This document shows, piece by piece, positions 26,869-38,729 of a DNA stretch of 64,000 bases. Numbering within the stretch: position 1 is the first letter of the stretch; each line of letters starts with the position of its first letter. The notes below the pieces were generated by a model. The model was not told the origin of the DNA. It saw only the letters and a program-made list of their open reading frames with translations, and did not search any database. A program made the position numbers and the translations under genes. The stretch is from Vicugna vicugna (taxonomy: Eukaryota): assembly GCA_013265495.1 (NCBI GenBank), contig MU058844.1:3171819-3235818 (forward strand). Reading direction: 5' to 3'.

Positions 26869-29800
26869 GCCCTGTTTCTTTTAACTTAAGCTGAATAATA
26901 TGTTAGCTGAACCACACAACTGAAGATGAGAAATATTTTGTTATAACCATGCTATATAACTGACTCTTTTTGAGATAGTTCCACTATGCCTGCTTTTAAC
27001 GGGTAAGATAGACTTTACTAAGTGGAGTAGGATACTAAGAAGCAGCCCAAGGAAGTGGATGTTACTTTTATTTCAAAATGCTGATGATATAGATGAATAG
27101 ATAAATAGAAAAAGTCTTTCTAAAATACTTGTTACAGATTGATAAATCTTTTTTTTTTTTTTCCAGAGAAGAAAACTCTCCGAAAGTTTGACCTTAAGCA
27201 TTTAAGTGCAAATATATGTTGGGTTAATCCAGGAAAGAGGTTCTGTGTTTGTATATGAAGTAGAATTTTAAAGTTTTAGTTAGGTGTCCTAGCAGGCTTT
27301 TCCTGTGACATTATATGTGAACTTTTTTTTTTAATCCTCAGACTTTGGAAAATTTAATATTTTGGATATAAAAGTTCCTTCAAAAGTTATTTATGTGATC
27401 GCTGTGCTAGGCAGTAACAACTGTGACCTGCCAAGAAGAGAGGCTGTTATGCAGGACTTTCAGTCCAGCTCACTTGGTGTGTCCAGTGTTCCTCCTTGGT
27501 TTCCTTTTTTGTGCGGTGATTCATCAGGTGCTGTATGCTTCCAAGGAACCAGTGTTAAGTATATGCACATATGCACATGTCCCCTTCCTGGTCTTTGATC
27601 TCTTCCTGTAATGAATGGGGATATATCGTTTCCAGCTATTCTTAGACAAGGAAGAAAGACATTTTGGAGTCAGCTGTCAAACCTTCAAATCTCCATAGTT
27701 TTGCTACCATCCTATCCTATTCTTAGAACTCTTGATAGTGATCTCTCTTTCTGTCACTGTTACTTTTGAAGGTTTTTTTTTTTTTAAGTTGTACTGAGCT
27801 CAGCTTGTATTCCACAGACAGCCAAGGTGGAGAGCCAGACTGTCAGTTCTGAGTTGCATCATAATCTTGGACTTGTCCCTACCATGTCCTTCCTTGATGT
27901 GTATCTAAAGATTCCAGTTGAATGTTTCCCCTAGCTGAGGCTGTGTGGGTGAAGGTCTCTGTGCTAAAATGAGGGAAAACTCCTCCTTTTGAGGATTTTC
28001 TTTGACTGTGCCTCTCCAGTATATTCTATACTAGGTAGCCCTATAAAGCAGATGCAACTGGGAGTTGAAAAAATTTGGAATGGTTTTGGGGGTCTAGAGA
28101 GATTCTCGTTTAAAGCTGCAATTGTACACAAAGAGATTAGAGTCATTAAACGTCAATAGATTGTAGTGGTGTTGAGGACCTTAAGATGGCAGCTGTAGAA
28201 GTGGGATGTGATGGGGGAGGGAGAATAGGAGGATTATGGGATTGAATGTAATTTTTTTTGCATCCAGTTTGTCGATAGACATTCGCATATATGTATTTGA
28301 ATATTCAGAGCAGGTGTTTTTTTCTTCTATTTGTCAAGTACTGCCTCTTAATTGCTTAGAAAGTTAAAGATGTAAAAGCATAAAATGTGCCAAAATAACT
28401 ATCATGACATTCCTCTAATATTGAAGTCTGTGAATAATAGTCTTCTTGTCATGGAATGCAACTTAGTGACCAGTGGCCATCTGAAATGCCTCTGAAAGGA
28501 AAGGAATGAAAGAGGAAGGAGACCAGAAGAATGGGGAGAGGTGTGGGATAATTTCTTTCCTAGCCTGAAGGGTATTATTTGTCTAGCTTCCTGAACCATC
28601 TAAAACATGTAGAGAACCAGGAAATTGGCAGACGGGCCCTCTTAGAAGCCAGGAGTCCAAGCATCAAATCTCTCAGTGCCTCATCCACTTTTGGTGTTTA
28701 CTTAGTGTGTTTACTAGTATTTTAAATACACTTTTATAGCATTTTGATCACTGGTTTCCCAGCTCACTGCAGATGAGAACAAATGTGTAGAAACTGGGAA
28801 GGTTGTTCAGAAGCAAGCACAAAAAGTACCCCCAAAAAAATTGAAAATTGGTATCTTGATAGTGAAAAAGGTTTTTAAAATTAAAAATAGGAATTCACAA
28901 AATTTAATAGTCAAGGAAAATTTGGTTCAAAAACAGTAACTCCGTGCTGCTATCCTCATCTGGACTAGCTGTCTTTTAGGACTCATGATGGAACTCCTTC
29001 ATGAAGGCCTCCCAAGCTCTCCAGAAAATGAAATGCTTCTCTCTAGGCACTTACTGAATTCTCATGTGTCCATTAGGCTCTGAGCCCCCTCCCCTGTATG
29101 ACCCCATCTCTGCTGTCACAGTGATGACCTGCAGGCACATCAGGAGTTCTTACTGTGTCACAGATATGCTGGCCTGCTTGTTAATCTGGGACATACTTTG
29201 TACATCGTACTTTGCCCTAGTTCCTCATATTACAAAATACTACCTTCAAGACACACACTCTTAAATTCCCCACCTTCCCCACGCAGGTGTTGCCATTGCT
29301 TTGTATTAAGTCAATGTTTCCTTGATTCTGAAACATCCGTTAGGAAATAAATTACTGATTTAATAATAGTTGTGGGGAGTAAAAGGGAAAATTACATATG
29401 CATACAGAAATACTTTTACTAACAGAAGCATATTATAGTGATATTCTGCTTTCTTCAATATAGAGAACTGAGTCAAAGTGTTTTCTGAGTCTTAAGTCAT
29501 CTGAAACATTTTGGCCATTGATTAAGAATCACAACATGGTAATATGTTGCTTTTTATAACCTATATTCTGTGATCTTGACCTCCTTAACCACCTTGACCT
29601 CCTCACCTTGACAGTTGACCTGTAATTTTGAAACTTAGTAAGTATATAGGTTTTGTTGGCATTTCCTGTTGGTTTAAAACTCAAGTTTTTTTTAATTCTC
29701 TTTGTATGTTTTAATTTTTTGTCCTTAATGTAATAGTAACTCTGAGTGCTAATACATAAAAAGGAAACACTGCCCTTCCTTAGTTTGATAATTCTGTGAT

Positions 29801-32184
29801 TTTTCTGAGAGGTAGCAAATTCTGTTCCCTTTAATTGCTTTGCCTGGTATGTGACAGGCAATCTGTATAACTCGTTTTTGGTTTCACTGTTACTTCTTTA
29901 ATTATAAACTTCTGAAAGCTGTTTTACGTAAAAATTGGGGAATTCAGATTCCCGTCAATTCAACAAGGGTGGAATTTCCTAATTTTATGGGCTAAAAATG
30001 CTGGGAAGTGGAAAGAATGATTTCTGAAATATATTTAATCCAGGGAAATATGGTACTTCTAAAATATTATTTGTTATCTTATATTTATCTGTCATTTTAC
30101 TGTCAGATAAATAAAGTTCTTTAAGAGTGGAGTCTAGATTGGGGTAGTTTATATCCCCTGGACCTAGCATAGTACCTGGCACACTGTAGGTCTTAAAAAA
30201 AAATTCAAAAGTTAAAAAAAAGAGTAGTAATCCTCGGTGATTACTTGCTGGTTTAATTATGTTTGGCTTTTTCAAATTGTCCAAGATAATTTTGCAGTAT
30301 GTTTTTGGAAGATTTTTGTGTAAAATATTTAAAATAAAATATTTTCTTTATAAGGATAAAATTCATCTCATGGCAAAGTGAATAAATAGCTCACAAGCGA
30401 ATTCTGCCTTTAAGTAAGTACTTTTGACATGAAGACTGAGTATTACACTAGTGAACAGTCACGGGCTTCAGACCACTGCTTTAGTAAAGAAAATGGATTT
30501 GGCTTACTGGCCTTAATATTTGAGGTCATGAGGATAAAGATCCTCTTTGGTAGTCAGAAGAGGATTGATTGTGTCAGAACATGTTGCATGTAACAGTTGG
30601 TATCATGCATTCTGTCTAGCAGCCCTCCAGAAAAGATAATGGCCTCTATTTGGAGGTAGAGAAATGAGTCAGTTCACCTGCCCAGATGCTCAGTGGCAGA
30701 GAAGGCCTGGGGGCCCAGCCCTCTAACTCCCTTGTCTGCTGCTCTTTCTGCTGTACAGTGTTGAGCCTCTGACATGCTACCAGACGTTTAAAGTAATGTA
30801 GGGCCAGGTTTTTTTGTTTGTTTTTTTGTAGGATTAAAATGCTCTTGGATGATTTTTTAAATGCTTACCTGTTTACCTAAGACTTGATGAAAAGAAAATG
30901 TACAGGAGGCTAGAGATTTGGCTTAATCTGATTGACTCTAAATATTGATTGTAGAAGTCCAAATTTAAATCTGCTTCTGCTTAGATTCTGGGAAGATTGT
31001 ACCACACATTTATAGTGACACTGAAGACTTGATATTATCTTGATCTTAAAAGGAGAATTTATACAACCAGAGATATTAGGAGGAAATAGTAATTGTTGAT
31101 GAAGTGTGATGTCTGATGATATCTGGGGGGAAAAAGTTAAGGTCTGTAGTAGAAACACAACATTGGAGATTCAAGAAAGCATTCCTGTCAACATTAATAA
31201 GTGATAAATAATAAATGGTAAAACACATGTTTATTAATTTTAAAAAAGCATAATTCTGTTGAATCCCTTCCACAAGATTGAACAATTCATTGGGGCTTAG
31301 GATGTTGACATTCTGAATTGAGTGAGGAGATTTTGTGTTAAGAAATACTGCCTTTCATAAACACTTGCCTCTGATATACAGCAGGTTCTATGATAGTTTT
31401 TTTTTTACACCAGTGTCCCTATAACTGTGTGTGAGCCATCCACTTATTAATGAAATTTGTGTGCAAAATTATTTTTGATTATATATCTTCCAAAAATTGA
31501 AGATTTGCCAACATTGTGAGGATATTTTCTTTCAAAAGTGCCTCACACTCAAGGAAATTTCAAAATAGGAGTGCTTGAAATGTTTTCAGCAATGACAGCC
31601 TTATTAGGATGAGCTAAGGTAATTTATACTTAGTATAAAAATGGGCATTTTAGGCTATGTATTTCTGTTAAATATTTGACATATCAGTTATTACTTTATC
31701 ATCATACTGCATAGTCGTAGTCAGCAGCACCCAGGACAGAGTCTAGATTTGTTAGATGCTTACTAAATGTTTACTAGAAATAATCCAACTATCCAGAAAG
31801 TTCCTAACTGGAATTTCTATACATTTTATGTTTAAACTATGAGTCAAGCAGTTGATAAGAATTTAATTCAAAAAGTGAGTTCCAGGTTTATGATGGGATC
31901 AGTGCAAATTCAGTGCAGACCATTATAGCTTCTGTATTTATACTATTCTAGAATGACATTTAGAATTTAGAAAACACTTGCTAAACTTTGTATATGAACA
32001 CTGTGTACTATGTGTGTGGTGTAAGGTAGGAGATGGAAGGTGAGGATACAAAAGAAGTGCCTCCCTGATTGGTTATGATGTATTGGGTAAAAAAGATGAA
32101 TATAAATATTTATATAGCAAACTAAAGAACAGGTGTGGATTAAGAAGCTATATTGATGGTTTATATAAAATGTGTGTGTATATA

Positions 32185-32670
32185 TACACAGTGGAATATT
32201 ATTCAGCCATAAAAAGAGGGAAATCTTGCCATTTGTTACAGCATGGTTGAACCTTGAGGGCAGTATGCTAAATGAAATGTTAGATGTAGGAAGATAGATA
32301 CTGTATTATCTCACTTATATGTGGAATTGGAAAAACAAACAGATACAGACTAGATTGTGGAGGTTTGGGGGGGTGCAAATGAGTTGGGGTGGTCAAAAGG
32401 TACACACTTCTAGTTATAAAATAAGTAAGCCCTGAAAATGTAATATACAGCGCGGTGACTATAGTTAATAATACTGTATCGTATAGTTGAAAGTTGCTAA
32501 GAGAGTAGATCTTTAAAAGTTCTTACCACAAGAAAAAAATTGTAACTGTGTATAGTGATGAATGTTAAGCAGACTTGTAATCATTTTGCAGTGTAAACAA
32601 ATATTGAATAATTGTATCTAGACCTGAAACTAGTATAATGTTATATGTCAGTTATATCTCAATTGAAAAA
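32185..32670 (+). mobile_element. LINE-1 3' end (L1MA-type)
   Basis: gtggaatattattcagccataaaaag...ccttgagggcagtatgctaaatgaaat...gttgctaagagagtagatctt...atgtcagttatatctcaatt, then A tail. Confidence 0.88.
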
Positions 32671-32994
32671 ACATACTGAATATGGGCCATGTGAAATAAG
32701 GCAGCCTCTGAGCTGTAGATTGGGAATTTGGTGTTTTTAAGTTTTGTCTTAGAAACATGAAGGTTATTTATTCTATTAGTCTGCAGCCAGGAAGGCATGC
32801 CATATGACTGGCAGAGGCTATTTGACAATTCGTTTCCAATGTTTTGTACGTGTGGTAAGTTGGGAGACCAGAGTGAGGTGAAGCTTAGCTATTGAAAGAC
32901 CTAATTTCCTTCTGAATCAAAGAAAAATGATTACATTTAGTGTTTAAACTACTTTTTAAAATTTGTTTGGAAACCGCTAATATTAAATCGGTAT

Positions 32995-33180
32995 TAGAGT
33001 TGCCAGGTTTAGCAAGTAAAAATACAGGACACCCAGTTAAATTTAATTTCAGATGAGTTAATTTTTTTTAGTATAAATGTATCTCACACATTAGACGGAC
33101 ATACTGATACTAAAAAAGTATTTACTGATTGTCTGAATTTAGATTTAACTGGATGTTCTATATTTCACTCGACAACCCTG
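32995..33180. mobile_element. MER53-like palindromic hAT MITE
   Basis: gagttgccaggtttagcaagtaaaaatacaggacacccagttaaattt ... gatttaactggatgttctatatttc...gacaaccctg inverted ends. Confidence 0.78.
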
Positions 33181-33589
33181 TTAGGGTCTGACAAGACAGG
33201 CAGTAGCAGTGTGAATCTTTCCTCTAAGTTGGAAAACAGGAAGTTGAAATATGGACCATACATAGGTTTTTAAAAGGATGCCAGTATTGAAAACAAAGTT
33301 TGAAGAGCATCTGTTTATTGCCAGTCAGAGTAGACAGGAGATTTTTAGACTCTGGATTAAACAACTGAAGTCAATACAGTGAACCAAGGCTCTGAACCAT
33401 TAAAGTGAACTTGATATTGACTCTACATTGTAGCTCAACTTCAGGCTTCTTATGTTTTTTGTTTGTTTTTTTTTCTGGTAGAGACTATAACCAAAATGTA
33501 AGAGTAGCCCTAAATCCATGGAAGGGAGCACTGATGTTTTTACACTTGGACTGGGAGAGCTAATAAGGGGCAGCATTTTGAGGGCAAAG

Positions 33590-33745
33590 AATTTTAGAGC
33601 TCAAAAAGATCTTAGAGAACTTGGTCCAGTCCTCTTTTTTTAGACGAGAAAACTGAGACCTGGGGACCCCACAGCTTGCCCAAGATTGTACAGTGAGGAT
33701 GAAAACCCAGATACGACTCCCATTTTAGTGCCCATTCCACTGTTC
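33590..33745 (-). mobile_element. MIR remnant (approximate ends)
   Basis: ttttagacgagaaaactgagacc...cttgcccaagattgtacag. Confidence 0.6.
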
Positions 33746-34980
33746 AGTGGGTGGCTTTCCTAAACTCTGACAGAAATAGTACCCATTCAGAAAACTTTGA
33801 GTGCCAGCTTTATGTGTGTTCATTGTAATTCAAGGTACTCTGCTAGGTGCTGGAATGATACTGGTTAAAGCAGGCAGTCTCTGTCCTGTTTAAATGAAAA
33901 TTTATTGTCTTTCTATTTATTTATTGTAGGCACTTGATGCTAAATGAACACTATTTAGGGAAAAATGGTTTCATTAACGTGTGTAAACCAGTGGTAGAAC
34001 TCTGACGCCTGATCCCTGTAGCTCACCCCTCTGTTCTGCAGTTTGTAACAATTGTGCCAAAACTCTTGCGAGTCTCCAAATATCTTATAATTTAAAACCT
34101 CTGCTCAATTGATAAGTGTTAACTGTTCTTTTATAGTTCAGTCAGTTACCCTCAATAATCAAGAGTAATATCAATGAGACCTCAGTGGTTATATGAAAGA
34201 AAGTGCTCTAAATCCGTCCCCTGGTACACTGAACAGACAAAAATCTTGGCTGAAAGCCTCATCATCTTCTTGGGTTAGATGCTCACTAAGGACTTTGTTC
34301 TAGAATGATGTCTGATTTGTAAGGTGGGTACCTTTGGGTGCTTATATAGGACTTCTCAGGCGGTCAGCAATACAGTCCTGGTTTTTCTCTCCTCACTTGG
34401 AGCAGAATGTTATTAAATGTTCTTGGGCTTTTTTTTTTTTTTTTAAACATCTGACTTAGTATTCTTCTGCATATGACTAAATTGATGGAAAGGATGATCT
34501 TTCATGTAAACACTGAAAAAGTAAATAGTATTCTAACTTGTAAAATCTAGCAACTAATGTCACTGGGTGAGTAATTTTTATTTCAATCCCTTGTTGAACT
34601 TGTCCCCTCCAAATTCATATTCTTTCTGTTTTAGCAAGTATAATATATAGGATAAAATAATATTTTATTCAGTTGCCCCAGTTTTGTAATTTTTACCATC
34701 AGTTTTTCAGCAGATGATGTATAGTAAGAGGAATAATGATCCAAATGTATACTTTTCTATGAAATTTGGAATGTGTTTTTAAAATGGATCTCATTTATAA
34801 ACTTGCCTCTTTAAATTGGAGAAAAAATGTTCTAATCAATAACCATTCGGGTTAAATTCTAGTTAATTAAGAGTTTTATACATTTTTAAAAGGTGTTCTG
34901 TATGGTAGTATCTTTATGGGAAAATAATACTGTCAGTATTATTTAAATGAGAAAGAGATTAGGTGGTTAGATTGGCCACT

Positions 34981-35200
34981 TTTTTTTTTTTTTTAATGAA
35001 AGTTCAGTCAGTTACAGTGTGTCTATATCTGGTGTACAGCACAATATCCCAGTCATGCATATATATACATATATTGACTTTCATATTTTTTCCATTAAAG
35101 GTTATTACAAGATATTGAACATAGTTCCCTGTGCTATACAAAATAAACTTATTTTTTAATCTATTTTTATATATAGTGGCTAACATGTGTAAATATCAAA
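34981..35200 (-). mobile_element. Short young L1 3' fragment containing the left duplication breakpoint
   Basis: Poly-T followed by L1 3' UTR reverse complement; TSD ATTGGCCACTTT at 34971-34982 and 35201-35212. Confidence 0.88.
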
Positions 35201-35851
35201 ATTGGCCACTTTCTTGACCTTACTCACTAGTGAGTTGAAAGAAATGAATCATTTGTATTTCTAGAAAATGTAAGTAGCCGCATAAGGATATTATGTTAAA
35301 TTAATTATGGATATGTGGTAGAGACAGGATCATATTTTTATTTGGCTTAATACCCAGCTGTTTTCTCTTAGTATGTACGTGGCCACTGTGGTGGCACTTA
35401 CTGTCAGTTTAGCTAAGTAACTTTGCTACATGTGTCTGTGCACACACACAAACACACACGCCACACACACACAGACACCCCACTTGGAATGTGAAACTCT
35501 TCCAATCATGTAGTGTCATGTTGCTATTGAACATAAATATGCTGTGCACTGATGTAGGCATAGTGATGCCTGGGGAAATGGCCTGTGCCTGGAGGGTGCT
35601 CTTGGGCTGGTTAGGTTGTTTATGAATATGTTTGCTTGATTCAAAATTCACTTGTTACTTGTTAGTATTTCTTAATGAAGAGTGTACTCAGTGTAACATA
35701 TTACTGCTGAAGTTTCCTTTTGGATTTTTTAGGTTTTGTGGTATGCTCCATATCACATTCTATGTAAACTGGATAGAGGGGAAAATACAGTTGTGATTTA
35801 AAAACACTTAGCTATGAACTGAAATAAAAGTGAGTGTGCTCAAAAGCCTAT

Positions 35852-36021
35852 CAGAGAACTATATTCAATATTTGGTAATGACCTTTAATGAAAAAGAATA
35901 TGAAAATGAATATATGTATATGCATGACTGGGACATTGTGCTGTACATCAGAAATTGACACACTGTAACTGACTGTACTTTAATACAAAATAAATAAATT
36001 AATTAAAACTCTTTAAAAAAA
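35852..36021 (+). mobile_element. Short young L1 3' fragment (second copy at 39506-39675)
   Basis: L1 3' UTR with A-rich tail; TSD CAAAAGCCTAT at 35841-35851 and 36022-36032. Confidence 0.88.
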
Positions 36022-36417
36022 CAAAAGCCTATTAGCTATCTGACATTCTTGTAGTAAGGGAGAGTAGGGGACAAGAATTCAAGAAAGGGGTCTAGTCTTT
36101 GCTTATACAGGGTAAAGAGTAGACCAAAGTCAAAGTAGGATGGATTGTAGATACTGGAAGCAGCACCATTTTGTACTTGAAAATAGACTTCTGACAGGTT
36201 AAGCTGCATATGCTTCTGGTTTATCTTAGGGAAGTAGGGTATAAGATAACCCTTCCTTTATCATCTAAAAAGAGTGAAAGAGTGACTTGAAGAACGAGTT
36301 TTACAAATGCCCAAGGGAATTTCAGACAGTTTTCTTTTAACAATGGCCAGCATTTTCAGGTCACACCTAAAGAAAAAAAAAGCATCAAAATTAAGTATTG
36401 CTTGAGGTAAAAGGGAA

Positions 36418-36793
36418 GGTCTTAGTCTGAGGGCCACCATAACAAGATAACCACAGACTGGGTGGTTTAAATAAGAGAAATTAATTTTCTCATAGTTTTC
36501 GATGCTGACTTGTCACAGATCAAGATTGGCAGGACGAATTTTCTCCTTAGGCCTCTCTTCTTGTCTTGTAGATGGCTACCTTGTGTCCTTATCTGGCCTT
36601 TTCTCTTTGTGCACCTGCCTGACGTGTCTCTTTCTCTTATGAGGACACTAATTCTATTGGATTGGAGCCCCCACCTTTCTGACCTCATTTAACCCCAGTT
36701 ACCTCTTTAAAAAGCCCTATCTCCAGTGACAGTCATCTTTCGAGTTAGAATTTGCACAAAGAATTTTGAGGAGACACAATTCAGTCCCTAACA
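36418..36793 (-). mobile_element. Solo MaLR LTR, MLT1A-like (second copy at 40072-40447)
   Basis: ccataacaagataaccacagactgggtggtttaaa...ggagacacaattcagtccctaaca; 5-bp TSD GGGAA at 36413-36417 and 36794-36798. Confidence 0.85.
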
Positions 36794-36839
36794 GGGAAAG
36801 CAAAGAAATTCACTCTGAAGTGTAATTTTAGTCAACTAG

Positions 36840-37023
36840 AACATGGTTCTGAAATTTTAGCATACGTGAGAATCACCTAGAGGCTTGTTAAAACTCCTTG
36901 CTGGGTCCCTCCACAGAGTTTCTGATTCAGTAGGTCTGGAGTAGTTGGGAGGATTTGCATTTCTAGCAAGTTCCAAAATATGCTGCTGTTGCTGCTCTGT
37001 AGACCATGCTTTGAGAATCACTG
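36840..37023. mobile_element. MER5A-like hAT-Charlie element (second copy at ~40494-40677)
   Basis: tggttct...gaatcacctagaggcttgttaaaa...agagtttctgattcagtaggtctgg...tttgagaatcactg. Confidence 0.85.
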
Positions 37024-37567
37024 ATGTTATAGTTCCCATTTGGATTGAGGGAAGTTGCTGAAGAATGCCTCTGAAATACAGGAATTTTCTCCCTGGGGCT
37101 GGGAGTGATGAGATGGACTGCAGTGGGACATAGAAGACATAGTAGAAATGTTGAGAAATATTGGTTCTGCTCACTGGCCATCATGTTTACTCTCAGTAAG
37201 TTGAAGAAACATTTGATTGGATGTTGAAAAAGCAGGCACTTCTGTTGTCTGTTATGGGTGGGAAATTGACTCTAAGACTTGGTTATTAAGGAATTTAATT
37301 CCCAGAATCTTCATCACATCCTTCAAATCTTTGCTGAAATGTCCCCCTCTTGGTGAAGCATTCCCTGACCATCCTATTAAATTGCATCTGTGACTTTAAA
37401 GACTTTATCCCAAGAACAGAGGGCCAAGGCAGGTGCTCTAGTGAAAAATACAAATTAGATAGAGTAGTGCCTGAAGCTTAGAATTTAATGTTTACTTAGT
37501 TTAAACAGACTTTTTGGTTGAAGTGTAGGCAGTGTGTAAAATTGGTTTGTACTCCAAAAGTTCATTT

Positions 37568-37715
37568 TTGAAACAAATTTTCTCATACAAATAGAACTGT
37601 AACAGTTGGTCAACAGAATCCAAAAATGCAGGTAAGTCAGAACTTGAAACAAATTTTCTCTTAGAAATAGAACTATAAACAGTTGGTCAACAAAATCCAA
37701 AAATGAAGGTAAGTC
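37568..37715 (+). repeat. Diverged two-unit tandem repeat, period 76 bp (second copy at 41222-41369)
   Basis: ttgaaacaaattttctc...cagttggtcaaca.aatccaaaaatg.aggtaagtc occurs twice, starting at 37568 and 37644. Confidence 0.93.
37665..37708 (+). other. Candidate 44-nt cassette exon ending ATG AAG (second copy at 41319-41362)
   Basis: ttttctctTAG acceptor with a short pyrimidine tract, and consensus donor AAG|gtaagt (GT at 37709). Confidence 0.35.
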
Positions 37716-38369
37716 GCTAGTACTATACTAGCCTGAGATCTGGGAGTCCCCAATACGTTAATACGAGGTAGCAGGCAGGAGGGAGGGCAGCCAAGCCAAG
37801 TTCCCTATCCCCACCCAATCTCAGATGGACCGAGAGAGATTAGGTTTTACAGGGTGAACATAAAACTCTGTATTAGATGCTCCAAAGTAACCCAACTTCT
37901 CTTTTAAAAGACTGAGAAGATTCATATACTACATGAAATTGTGAATTCATACTGATTGCTCCCATACCAGTCCAGCCCACTGAGCTCTTCTTTGCCTCCC
38001 CTATTCTACTTTTTTTTTCCTCTATTCCCGCAGTGAGTACCTTAGCTCCCAACATTAACACTTTCTTTGAGAACTTCTACGTCTGTGCCACTGTGACAAA
38101 CAGAGGTACTAAGAGAAATTTAAGACTTATTTACACTCTCTTTTCCCCTAGACTAAGACTGTGTAGTAAAAATAATACTGTATCTGAAAGTTAACTTGCA
38201 TTGGATTCTCCACCCCCTCCCCGACCCTTGAGTTGTTTTATTCATTTGAAATCTGGTTGGGTTCATTTACTGAGTTGTATTCCCTTTTAACTACCCCCCC
38301 CAACCTATTTTGTTTCAGTTTTATATTTTGAATATGTAGAACACTAATGTGCTTTCAAAAGTCAAAACT

Positions 38370-38506
38370 AGGGGAAAGGTATAGCTCAAGTGGCAGAGCA
38401 CATGCTCAGCACCCAAGAGGTCAGGGGTTCAATCCCCAGTACCTCCTCCAATCGGAAATCAGTGAAGAAACCTAATTACCTCCTCCTCATAAAACAAACA
38501 AGCCAG
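38370..38506 (+). mobile_element. tRNA-derived SINE, camelid vic-1-like
   Basis: ggggaaaggtaTAGCTCAAGTGG (A box)...GGTTCAATCC (B box)ccagtacctcc plus A-rich tail; TSD AAGTCAAAACT at 38359-38369 and 38507-38517. Confidence 0.88.
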
Positions 38507-38729
38507 AAGTCAAAACTGCACATAAAAAATGTATACTCAAAATAGTCGTTTTCCTTTTTCCTTCTACCCACTCATCCCTGCCTTTTTTTTTTTGCCAGGT
38601 AACCAATTTTCTTGTTTTCTGGCTTTTTTTTTCCTGTGTTTCTTCTTTCAGAAATAAACAGACTGTGTATGGTTTCTTCTTTTTTCTTACACAGAGAGTG
38701 GTGTATGCTTTGTGTTCAGCTTTTCCCCA

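Larger units (their letters stand above)
35076..38728 (+). repeat. Tandem duplication, copy 1 (3,653 bp)
   Basis: Matches 38730-42382 at constant offset 3654; ORF-track translations and spot-checked homopolymer lengths are identical. Confidence 0.97.

Noticed and set aside
33900..33990. Possible exon after acceptor tttctatttatttattgTAG|G (AG at 33928-33929)
   Set aside because: No convincing donor at a plausible distance; such acceptors are common in T-rich introns
37568..37715. CRISPR-like repeat array
   Set aside because: Only two adjacent diverged units, no unique spacers, no cas genes, mammalian context
38370..38445. tRNA gene
   Set aside because: Has A and B boxes but also a SINE tail, a TSD and degenerate stems, so it is a tRNA-derived SINE
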